A stretch of DNA of 64,000 bases from Candidatus Poribacteria bacterium (GTDB lineage: Bacteria > Poribacteria > WGA-4E > WGA-3G): contig OZ251518.1 in assembly GCA_965242965.1 (NCBI GenBank), positions 3,392,001 to 3,456,000 on the forward strand, read 5' to 3'. The translations under genes and the position numbers were made by a program. This document shows, in pieces, positions 49,143 to 59,180 of this stretch. The stretch's first letter is position 1; each line of letters opens with the position of its first letter. The notes under the pieces are model-generated. The model saw only the letters and a program-made list of their open reading frames with translations. It did not search any database and was not told where the DNA came from.

Positions 49143-49880
49143 ATGAAACGGACACATTTTTACTGCTTCACCTTTGCCGTGCTACTTCTGCTCGTCGGCA
49201 TTAGCGCGCTGAGCATGGCTGAAGTAGCGACGTTGAAAATAGAGATTGCCGATATCGTCAGCAATTCGGACGCACGGCAGCTCCGGCGGCTGTTAGCACC
49301 GTGGGCAGACGCGGAAGACATCACGTTCTCTACCCCTATCGGCAAGAACGGGAAAAAGCGGCTGTTCACGACTCTCGTGGAAATCAAGCCGCGGCAAGGT
49401 GTCTCCAAATACAGTGAGACGCACACGTTTGACGTGCATGACATCATCCGGCAGCTCAGCGATTCGCGCTTCCGGGGCCGTCATGGACTCGGGCACTCGC
49501 GCGTCCTCAAAACCGAGGCGACAATCCGTGGTGACATGTTTGAACACCCCGGCTTCGCCCGGAGCTATTTACGGAACGTCCCCTCATGGCGGCGGTGGCG
49601 GCCCGATACTTCTAACATTCATCACGCAATGACTGCGGGTAGCGAAGACCAGAAGTTCGTTTTCAGTGCCAACGCTGAGTTCGATCAGCTCCGCATTGAT
49701 GCCGCCGATAATGAGAAAGAAGTTGAGGTGCAAGGCACCATCATCGGATTCGACGGGCCCTACCCAATCATCTCGGTGCAACAATATCGCGTCGGTTATC
49801 GCGTTGGCGAACCGGCAGCACCTGCTACCGACGAAGAAGGTGGGCAACCCACCTACGATTATCTTGAGCGAGATAAATAA
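49143..49880 (+). CDS. secreted hypothetical protein
   Basis: Signal peptide; GGAGG RBS before ATG 49143. Confidence 0.7.
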   Translation: MKRTHFYCFTFAVLLLLVGISALSMAEVATLKIEIADIVSNSDARQLRRLLAPWADAEDITFSTPIGKNGKKRLFTTLVEIKPRQGVSKYSETHTFDVHDIIRQLSDSRFRGRHGLGHSRVLKTEATIRGDMFEHPGFARSYLRNVPSWRRWRPDTSNIHHAMTAGSEDQKFVFSANAEFDQLRIDAADNEKEVEVQGTIIGFDGPYPIISVQQYRVGYRVGEPAAPATDEEGGQPTYDYLERDK

Positions 49881-49928
49881 CCGAAAAGCGCCGGTAGGCG
49901 CGCTTTAAAAGCGCGCCTATCACGTGTT

Positions 49929-51080
49929 TCAGCAGTTCGCCTGATACCCACCCGTGTTAAAAAGCACGACGCGTTCAGAAGGCGAAATTATTCCGTTCGC
50001 GACTGCCTGTTTGAGCGCGGCGACTGTCGCCGCGCCTTCAGGGCACGTTAAGAGTCCCTCGGTTGCCGGGAGCAGGTGCATCGCCTCGCAGATGGCATCG
50101 TCCGTGACAGCGATTGCGGTACCACCACTTTCGCGAATGGCCTGCAATATGAGAAAGTCGCCGATTGCCTGCGGCACGCGCAATCCACTCGCGAGGGTGT
50201 GTGCATCGGGCCACGGTTCGGCTTCCGGTTTCCCTTCTTCCCATGCTTTCACAATCGGCGCGCAGCCAGCCGCTTGCACGGAGATGAACCGCGGGCGTTT
50301 CTCGCCAATCCAGCCGAGTGCCTCAAGTTCCGCAAATCCTTTCCACATCCCAACGATGCCGGTGCCGCCGCCGGTGGGATAGATGATAACATCTGGCAGC
50401 TCCCACCCGAATTGTTCGGCGAGTTCAAATCCCATCGTCTTTTTGCCTTCCACACGATACGGTTCTTTGAGCGTTGACACGTCAAACCATCCTTCAGCGG
50501 TTTTCCGTTCCGCCACAATTTTGCCCGCGTCAGAAATTAACCCATCGATGAGCGTGACGTTCGCGCCCGCCATTCGGCAGGTATCAAGGTTAAAAGCGGG
50601 TGTATCCTTCGGCATGAATATGTGCGCGGTGATGCCTGCCGCGGCGGCGTAAAGCGAGAGAGCCGTCGCCGCGTTGCCTGCTGAAGGGATTGCCAACTGC
50701 GTCACACCGAGTGCCTTCGCCATGGAAACCGCCATCGCCAAGCCACGCGCCTTGAAACTCCCTGTCGGCAGGCGCGATTCGTCTTTGATCCACACCTCTC
50801 TTAAGCCGCCAATTGTTGCGCCCAGTCTTTTGGCGTGGATGAGCGGTGTCATCGTTTCACCGAGGGAGACGATGTTTGCCGCATCGCCGACAGGGAGGAG
50901 CTCCCGATAACGCCACAGCGTCGGGGCCCTAGACGAAAGTTCTTCGCGTTTCGGTGCAGTCGCGAGAGAATAGCGCGCAAATAACGGTTTCCCGCACGCG
51001 TGACAGACATTCTGTGGCACGGTGTGCGGATGGGTTTTGCCGCATTTGCTACATTCCAGAGAGTGCAAGTTGGTTTTCAT
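49929..51080 (-). CDS. thrC: threonine synthase
   Basis: SLGE.MTPL, PTGSFKARG, SAGNA, EGKKTMG and PTGGGTG motifs. Confidence 0.92.
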   Translation of the reverse strand: MKTNLHSLECSKCGKTHPHTVPQNVCHACGKPLFARYSLATAPKREELSSRAPTLWRYRELLPVGDAANIVSLGETMTPLIHAKRLGATIGGLREVWIKDESRLPTGSFKARGLAMAVSMAKALGVTQLAIPSAGNAATALSLYAAAAGITAHIFMPKDTPAFNLDTCRMAGANVTLIDGLISDAGKIVAERKTAEGWFDVSTLKEPYRVEGKKTMGFELAEQFGWELPDVIIYPTGGGTGIVGMWKGFAELEALGWIGEKRPRFISVQAAGCAPIVKAWEEGKPEAEPWPDAHTLASGLRVPQAIGDFLILQAIRESGGTAIAVTDDAICEAMHLLPATEGLLTCPEGAATVAALKQAVANGIISPSERVVLFNTGGYQANC

Positions 51081-51096
51081 AGTTTCTAGATGCTCG

Positions 51097-51362
51097 TGGC
51101 ATGGCGAGGGACAGGCCCTCGCCCTACGGGAAACGGCACGTTCTTATCACCGTAGCGCGGGGGCCCTCGCATGCCACACGCGCATGCGAGAGGGTTTCCC
51201 CCGCGATCGGTGCACGGCGAGGGACAGGCCCTCGCCCTACGGGGCCAGGAACCGTTCTCGGTTACCGTAGCGCGGGGGCCTGTCCCCCGCGAGCGTTAGG
51301 CGAGTAGGAGAGACCTCCCGGTCTCGATGCAATACCGTAGGAGAGACCTCCCGGTCTCGATG
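51097..51362. repeat. REP cluster
   Basis: GTAGCGCGGGGGCC- and GTAGGAGAGACC-type copies. Confidence 0.85.
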
Positions 51363-51369
51363 CCACGCC

Positions 51370-52296
51370 CTACATCCCCCTCAAAAGCAATTTCAATAGC
51401 ACCGCCTTCATACTATGAAGACGGTTTTCAGATTGCTGGAAGATGATTGAACGTTCATCGTCAAGCAACTCACCAGCGATTTCATAACCGCGATGCGCCG
51501 GCAGACAATGCATAATCCGACACTCATGCCCAGCAAGCAGTTCAGCATTCAACTGATAGGGCATCATCTTTTCCAAGCGACGTTCCCGCTCTTCGGCGAA
51601 ACTCGGGTCGGTGAAGAATTCCATGTCTATCCACGTGTCGGTATAGACAACATCGCTTTCGGCGATGGCTTCCTGCACGTTCTCTCCTACGGGGAAAGCC
51701 TTGTAGGCACCCTGCCTTTCCGCTTCTTGCCAGAGTGCTTTATCTTCAGCAGCAGGATTAACTTCCGGAGCAACGACGGTGACTTCCATGCCGACTTTCA
51801 TCCCGGCGGCGATGAGCGAGTTGCAGACATTGTTGTGAACGCCGATGAAGCACACCTTAACGCCTTCCACTCTGCCGAAGTTCTCCTGAATTGTCATCAG
51901 GTCACCGAGTGCCTGCGTCGGATGATACCGGTCGCAACATCCGTTAATGATAGGCACCTCAGCAACTTCGGCTGCCGTGGCGATGTCAGCATGTTTTAAG
52001 AACCGGGCGAGGATGCCATCAACATACGCCGATAGGACGCGAATTTCGTCACCGAGGTCGGCGAGCCCGAAGTTAGTTGTGCGCCAGTCAAGGTAGTGTG
52101 CATGTCCACCGAGTTGAGTGATGCCGATTTCACCGGCGCACCGCGTGCGCGTTGAGGTTTTTTGGAACAGCAGCGCGAGGCTTTTTTCTCCGATAGCGTG
52201 CCAATATTTTTCAGGATAGTTTTTGATGTGAATCCCGTTTTCGACGGTATCCAGAATCTCCGTTTCTGTCCAATTTTTGAGTGTAATGAGATGCAT
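51370..52296 (-). CDS. argF: ornithine carbamoyltransferase
   Basis: STRTR, HPTQAL.D, YTDTW and MHCLPAHRG motifs. Confidence 0.93.
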   Translation of the reverse strand: MHLITLKNWTETEILDTVENGIHIKNYPEKYWHAIGEKSLALLFQKTSTRTRCAGEIGITQLGGHAHYLDWRTTNFGLADLGDEIRVLSAYVDGILARFLKHADIATAAEVAEVPIINGCCDRYHPTQALGDLMTIQENFGRVEGVKVCFIGVHNNVCNSLIAAGMKVGMEVTVVAPEVNPAAEDKALWQEAERQGAYKAFPVGENVQEAIAESDVVYTDTWIDMEFFTDPSFAEERERRLEKMMPYQLNAELLAGHECRIMHCLPAHRGYEIAGELLDDERSIIFQQSENRLHSMKAVLLKLLLRGM

Positions 52297-52336
52297 TGTG
52301 CGTCTCCAAAAAGGTATAATAAAATAAGAAATGTTA

Positions 52337-52365
52337 ATTATACCCAATTTTTGCACGGAAGTCAA
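52337..52365 (-). promoter_or_regulatory. sigma70 promoter for argF
   Basis: TTGACT-17nt-TATAAT on the minus strand. Confidence 0.7.
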
Positions 52366-52396
52366 ATCTTTTTTTTGCGATGCACCTATCCTTAAC

Positions 52397-53022
52397 AGGA
52401 TTAGCAAGAGAGGAGCAGGATATGAGCAGGATTTACAAGATTATCACGATTAGGAGCAGGATTTACAAGATTTTCAAGATTTCACAGGATTAGGGCTCTG
52501 GTGCATCGGCGCGGTTGTTGCCTGCCATGGGGTATTCGATGCATCAGCGTCTATAATCGTGGTAAATCGTGATAATCGTGTAAATCCTGCTTCAGACGAT
52601 TGGCATGGCGAGGGGAACCCGCTCGCATGCGCGTGTGGCATGCGAGGGCCCAAGCCCTACGGTAAATGGAGACGGCCTTGCATCCCGTAGCGCGGGGGCC
52701 TGTCCCCCGCGATCGCTCACGTGAAAACATCTCTGCAGGTCCTTTAGGTCCTGCATGTCTATAGCACCGCCGTACGAAAAGAACACTAAGGTCCTTTAGG
52801 TCCTTAATACGCAGCACACAACGCAGATACGAAAAACATTAAGGTCCTAAAGGACCTTGAGGACTTGGCTGTCTATGTATTCTATAGACATTAAGGTCCT
52901 AAAGGACCTTGGAGAGAACTGTAGGACAAGAGCACCTGCTCTGGATCCGTTCGGGAGCGGGCGCTCCCGAACTACAGATATCGGCAGGTCGAGCGATCGC
53001 GGGGGACAGGCCCCCGCGCTAC
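52397..53022. repeat. composite repeat region: 9-mer CAGGATT/CAAGATT arrays plus several REP families
   Basis: Same modules recur at 57894-59084. Confidence 0.85.
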
Positions 53023-53030
53023 GGTGCATC

Positions 53031-53071
53031 AAAAAAAACGCGCGGGCGGTACCCAAAGGCACCACCCGCGC
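53031..53071 (-). terminator. intrinsic terminator
   Basis: CGCGCGGG...CCCGCGCG followed by T8 on the minus strand. Confidence 0.75.
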
Positions 53072-53096
53072 GAGATATGAAACAACAGCGCGAGAA

Positions 53097-56000
53097 TTAC
53101 TCCCGCTGCTTGACTTCGCCGAACGTTGTCAACGAACGATTCGCTGGCGAGACGGGACCCGGTAAGTAACGTGTCCGCAACACCTCCGGCCGGCCGCCTA
53201 ACGAAACCTCCTCGATCTGGTAATAATACTCGACACCAGGCTTCGCAGAGGTATCCGTGAACGTATACGTTTGACGCTCGCCTGTGGTGCCGGCACCGGC
53301 GATGAGGACAGGATTCAGCAACGTGAATCCACTCTCGCGTTTCAGGCTCCGACGCAGGTTGAAACCGGCATTGTCGACTTCTGATTCGGTTGTCCATGTA
53401 ACCACAACCGGACCGGCATCGGTGCGCGTGAGGGTGAAACTGGATAACTCCACGGGCAAGGCACCGCCTTGACGATACCCCGGTGTGCCGATGTCCTCGG
53501 CATGGCCGTAATGCAGCGATTCCACTTTGAATTGATTGAAATGCGCTGCTAATGCCCAATTGGACTTCAGCATCCCATCGCGCGCCACCGCACCTTTATC
53601 GTAACGGCGGACGACCGAACTCCGCGCGCCATCCCTGCGATTCGTGGGCCACACCCAGACAGGCGCGTCATCGGTGCGACGATTGTCGTCTATGTTCCCG
53701 ACTTCGTCTATCTTCGTCCCGTTTCTGTCCGACAACTTCAGATAGAATCCCTCGCCACTCAAGAAGGTATCTCGCGGCGTTTTGATGCGCAGATTCTTCT
53801 CGTGTAGTTTCAGCAGGTTGTAAACCCGGTCTTCAGGGAAAACATCTGTCGATGAGGCGCGGGCATCACCGGCCACTATCAAGAGGGTCTGATTCGGTTG
53901 AATCACTTTCTCTTGCAATGTCAACGTCACAATCGGGCGGCCAATCAGGTCATGGGAATTCCGATTCTGGATCTCCAACTGCCAGCGATTCAGATTCAAT
54001 GCCTCCGTCTTGGATTTGTTATACAACTCTATCCACTGAGGCAATGTGCCACCCTCGGAATCAAACATGATTTCGCTGATAGTCACCGCGCCTTTCGGCG
54101 TAGATGCCTCCGTTTTCACCGCACCATTCGGATAGCCCGGTGTGCCTGCGGTGGCAGCCGATTTGGAGACCTGCCTGTCATAACCGATACCGGTAAACGC
54201 GGCCTCTGCCCAGGCATCTCGATGATACCCAATGAGATCCGCTTTCGCGCGCTGCCAGACTTTGCCGGAACTCAACGCATCTTCAGTGGCATCACCGGGG
54301 GATTCCAAGACCTGCAAGGGCCAGACATGCGTATCGTAGTCACCGGTTTCATCGCGGATAAAGGCATCGGTATCGCTGCCGCCGCCACCGGCGACATCGA
54401 TGAACGCCTCATCCAAACCCAATTTCTCCTTTGCATTCCGGAGAATCAACAGGAACTTGCCATCATCGGGCAGCGAGAGGCCTGCATCCACCAACGATGC
54501 ATGCGATAACCCTTTGTTTGCACCACCGGCGAGAGGTGTTTTGTCCGACGCGCTGTTTGTTATCAGCAACAAACTGTTTGCCGGCACACTCACATCCGGG
54601 AAGACGATGAGCGAGGTATCTTCCTTTTTGCCATCAGCTACAACGGAGAGTTCCCAGTCTTTCAGGGAGACATCTGAACCGCTGACATTGCGGAATTCTA
54701 GCCAATCGTTGGTATCCCCGCTACCGTTGCCGAGCTCGTTGAAAACGACCGGCGAACGCGGCACAGTTGATGCAACCGCCTTTGAGACAGCATCATCCTG
54801 CGGAATGTAAACCACCGGGGTCACCGCCACATCAAACGTTCTCGTCGGCTGAGAGGGTGTATCCGGGACAGGCGCAGCCTCACCCGGTGCCATCGCCGGA
54901 TCTGCCGTTCCAACACGCACAAGGCCTGATGCAGCCTTCAACGTCGTCTCACGCGGAACAGCCAAACTGTTGATACTGGCAATCTCCACGCTAATCGATG
55001 CAGCCGGCGGATCGGTCGCTTGCAACACATACACAAACGGCACAATCGTGGAACCCGAACGCTCCTCGCCTTGCTGCCATGTGGCATGACGCGCATTCGC
55101 GGCCTCGCGCGCGCCGAGGTAGATCGTCACATACGGCGGATTCTCGCCTTCATAAGTCAATCCATCCTGCGCAAACGGCACCTCAACGGTGATCTCGCTC
55201 CCCGCAAGATATGCACCACCCTCGGGTTCAACAACCTTAATCTCATCCGCATCTACTTGCACCGTGTCTACCTGCACCGTGACAGCCGCCGAAGCCAAAT
55301 TGCCGAGGTTGCTATTCACCGCAACCACCGTACCGGCGGGCAATTGGAGCGTCATCTCCCCTTTAAAGCCGAGCGCGGGCACCACGGTTACCTGATACTG
55401 CCTTGAATTATCCACCACGCCGAGGTGGCTTATCCCGCTTACCGTGCCGTTCTCAACACTTGCCGCCAGCGCAGTTTGCAACGCCGCAACGACATCCTCA
55501 CCATGGCTCGGCGCGGTTTGGAAGTCACCATAGTCCTCCTGGAACCGCAATGTCACCCTAAACGTGCCGGTTTGTGTCCCCGACGGCCCGTCTATCTCTG
55601 TCATCGCGGCGACATACCCCTCGAGAACCCGCGGATAGTAGATGCGGCCCTTGGCGGTATCATACGTGGGCGGAAAGAGGTGAGGGAACTCCGTCTCAGC
55701 ATGTTCCCGATAAAAACCCCTTGAGACATTATAGTGCCGTATGCGACCATCGGCGTTTCTCTGATTAGTGTTATGCGTCGCCTCCTGTTGCTGTTCCTCC
55801 GCTATTTTCATCGGGAGGGTGGGGTAAGGGTCGGGCCGGACATAGTCCTCCACTGCGTCATCAATGACTGGGAGGTAGTCAAGGAGACCGTCGCCGTTTC
55901 TGTCAAGGTCGCTCTTTTCGATGTTGTAAACCTCCTCGCCGTCTTTGTATCGCCCAAGTTGATCTGGAGTAGGAGTAGGCCTATCATCAGCCTCATACTT

Positions 56001-57781
56001 CTCCCTGTGGTCACGATACTGCGTCCTCTTGGCCTCGACGGGATTATCTGGGTAGGGAACGTATGGTGCACCCGCTATAAACGCAGCCACGTCCATAAAC
56101 TCTCCCCATCGCCGACCCCCGTTATCGCTATTAGCACCAAATGGCACGGCGAATCCAAACTCCTGCTGGTGATTGACATCTTTCCGCTCGCGCAGGGCGG
56201 TGATCTCGGCGTATGTGCGAATAGCTTTGTGCTCCCTACCGGCAAATACGTATGTCCTCCCGCCAACCGTGATGTTTTCGGGCGTGCCATTGAAATCAGC
56301 GAATTCGTAATTAGTACTGAGACTCGGCTTGTATGCGACATTGAACGGGGCCACGATAGTCCCATCCCCGGCCAACCACCCGTCCGGCAACAAGCTATTC
56401 AAGCCGTCAACATGGGCCTCTGTCACCGTAAATTGGTAGACGATGGTATGGTAACCATCCGCATTGGGATGCCCCCACTCCTCAGCGGTAACCGCAGAGT
56501 CGACATGTAAGTAGTATGTGGCCCCATTCTGTGTTATCCGTTCCAGTGGATAATTGGGATTCAGGATCCCGACAGGCTGAATGCCCACGGCTGCAGCTAT
56601 CATCCCGCCGGCGATGTCCCTACTGTTATTGCGCGCCCAGACAGTGCCTGTCGGGTTCGCCTCTACACCGCGATTGAACCATAATGGCAAAAGATTCTCC
56701 GTCCACCTGGCGGTACGTCGACCCGCGTTGTCGGTATTGCCCCTGGCTGCGGCGGTAACGAGTGGGTTGTCACCAAAGAGTGGAGGAAGCTGTTTATGCT
56801 CTAAATTCGGATTAGCAGGAGCAGGACTCGCCGGATCATCACCAGGCTTAGGATTTATGAATTCCTTTACCGCTTCATAGTAATGAAGTTTGACGTTGAT
56901 GGCAATGGCGACGATATCCCCGGGGACCACCGTATTATTTTCCGTGGCGGTGACAAGCCCACTGTTGCCGGGTTTATCGTCATCTGGCAACAGTTCGCCA
57001 TCGCGATTGATATTAACCCAGAAGTAGTCGTCATCCACCTCATCCAGCGTAACTTCGCCCTTCACGAGTTTCTCATAGTCGGCATATAAAGACGGGAAAA
57101 TCCGCGCGCGCCGCGTTGGAAAATCGGTCGGGTGAATAACATGATTCACGAGGACATCCTGGCTACGATCCGTGGTCCACCAGGCGCGCCGGTCATAGCT
57201 ACCGACGACTTCCCCATCCTCTTGAAGTTTCGCCAGTTTCGTGATTCTCGGATTTTTATAGACCCGTATCCACTCAATCTCAAAATGCTGCGGATGGATA
57301 GATGTCAACTGCCCACCAAAGAAGGCATCAATACCAACAGGATGCGAGTGGCCGTGGACCGAATCGGCCGGCAGCGAAAACGATGTGCCAGCCAAGGTAT
57401 GGGCTTCCAAGGGCTCGTCCTCCCAAGAAGCAACGATGCTATCAAGGTTATCATCCAGGACATCGCCCTCCGTCCATGTGTCGTGGCTCTCTCCCGGCGG
57501 TGCAAGCACCGTCAGCAGCCCGAATGTGAGCAACAGGCAGCTTATTAAAACGGAATGGATGCGCGCGGCGGACCGCGGGTGTCCCCTGTCCTTCTGCGCC
57601 TTCCTGCTGAGAGTCGCAGGAGTTAACGCGCGTAGATGAGAGGGGGGGTCTTCAGGTTGGATGCGTCACCGGCGGGCGCAAGCGCGCGGCATCTTTGCAG
57701 CGGGTGCTGCAATAACGCGGTGACGGTAGGTTTCAGGCGGACAGCAATGCCCGCGAAAATGAGAGAGAATAGGATTCTCAT
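53097..57781 (-). CDS. giant secreted protein with Ig-like and two lamin-tail (LTD) domains; 5' end frameshifted at a G7 tract (open frame 53097-57665)
   Basis: VVFNEL...DWLEFRN and TISEIMF...QWIELYN (LTD); LPVELSSF...WTTESEVDNAGFN; ATG 57781 with GAGGAG RBS is out of frame by one base. Confidence 0.75.
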
Positions 57782-57838
57782 TAGTTTTTTCTCCTCTAAA
57801 TTGACGTAAAAAATGATTGAAAATTAAACACTGTCTTA

Positions 57839-57867
57839 ATTATACCATTTTTTTACGTTTTTGTCAA
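57839..57867 (-). promoter_or_regulatory. consensus sigma70 promoter
   Basis: TTGACA-17nt-TATAAT on the minus strand. Confidence 0.8.
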
Positions 57868-57893
57868 ATTAAAAATTGCAAATAAAAAAATTG

Positions 57894-59084
57894 TAGTTCG
57901 AGATCGCCTGATCCCGAACGGGTTAAGATCGCGGCCTCCTCATCTACCGTAGCGCGGGGGCCTGTCCCCCGCGATCGTCCGACCTACGCGAAAAACGAAC
58001 GCCGACAAAAGCCGTTTCCCCGATCGAGGCATGGCGAGGGACAGGCCCTCGCCCTACGGTAATCGGCACGTTTTTTTATCGTAGCGCGGGGGCCTGTCCC
58101 CCGCGATCGTTCACGTGAAAAACCTCTTCAGGTCCTTTAGGTCCCGCATGTCTATAGTATCTCCGACCTCAAAAAACCCTAAGGTCCTAAAGGACCTTGA
58201 GGGGTATTGCATCCGCGCGTGCTATAGACATTAAGGTCCTACGGACCTTGAGAGAACCCTTCTGGGCGCGTAGCGCGGGGGCCTGTCCCCCGCGATCACT
58301 CGCATAAGAAAACACCTCTTCAGGTCCTTTAGGTCCTGCATGTCTATAGTATCCCCGATCCAAAAGAAAGCCCTAAGGTCCTTTAGGTCCTTAATATGCA
58401 GCAGAAAACATTAAGGTCCTAAAGGACCTTGAGGGATATTGCATCGGCGCGTGCTATAGACATTAAGGTCCTACGGACCTTGAGGAGACTGTAGTTCGGG
58501 AGCACCTGCTCCCGAACGGAGACGGCCTTGCATACCGTAGCGCGGGGGCCTGTCCCCCGCGATCGTTCACGTGAAAACATCTCTTCAGGTCCTTTAGGTC
58601 CTGCATGTCTATAGTATCCGCTGATCGAAAAAAGCACTAAGGTCCTTTAGGTCCTTAATATGCAGCATACGCAACGCCGCAGGAAAACATTAAGGTCCTA
58701 AAGGACCTTGAGGACGCAGCGGCTTGCGCGTGCTATAGACATTAAGGTCCTACGGACCTTGAAGAGACCGTAGTTCGGGATCCCCTGCTCCCGAACGGGT
58801 CAAGAGCAGGCGCTCTTGACCTACAGACGCGATGCGCACGCCTCATCTACCGTAGCGCGGGGGCCTGTCCCCCGCGAGCGTCCGACTCGCGCGAAAAACG
58901 CACGCCGACAAAGGCCGTTTCTCGTGCAGATCGCGGCATGGCGAGGGACAGGCCCTCGCCCTACGGTGATGACGCTATAATCGTGGTAAATCTTGAAAAT
59001 CTTGGAAATCCTGCTCCTAATCGTGATAATCTTGAAAATCCTGCTCAATCTTGAAAATCCTGCTCAATCCTGCTCATATCCTGC
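57894..59084. repeat. 1.2 kb repeat field: three composite REP units plus 9-mer AATCCTG arrays
   Basis: Units start at about 58081, 58270 and 58537 (GTAGCGCGGGGGCC...AGGTCCTTTAGGTCC...CTATAGACATTAAGGTCCTACGGACCT). Confidence 0.88.
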
Positions 59085-59180
59085 GCGAAACAAAAAAGCC
59101 TGTAAACTTATATAGGCGGCTTTGCGTTAGAATTTACACTTTATCACATTACGCAAAAATCAAGATCGGAGCACTCTTCC

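Noticed and set aside
52551-53169. Short ORFs containing RGTGPRAT / GGQAPALR peptides
   Set aside because: They are translations of non-coding REP clusters; the same applies at 12876-13070, 14453-14761, 51022-51307 and 58419-59048.
58081-58765. CRISPR-like array
   Set aside because: The units are about 190-270 bp mosaics of dispersed palindromes with irregular spacing.
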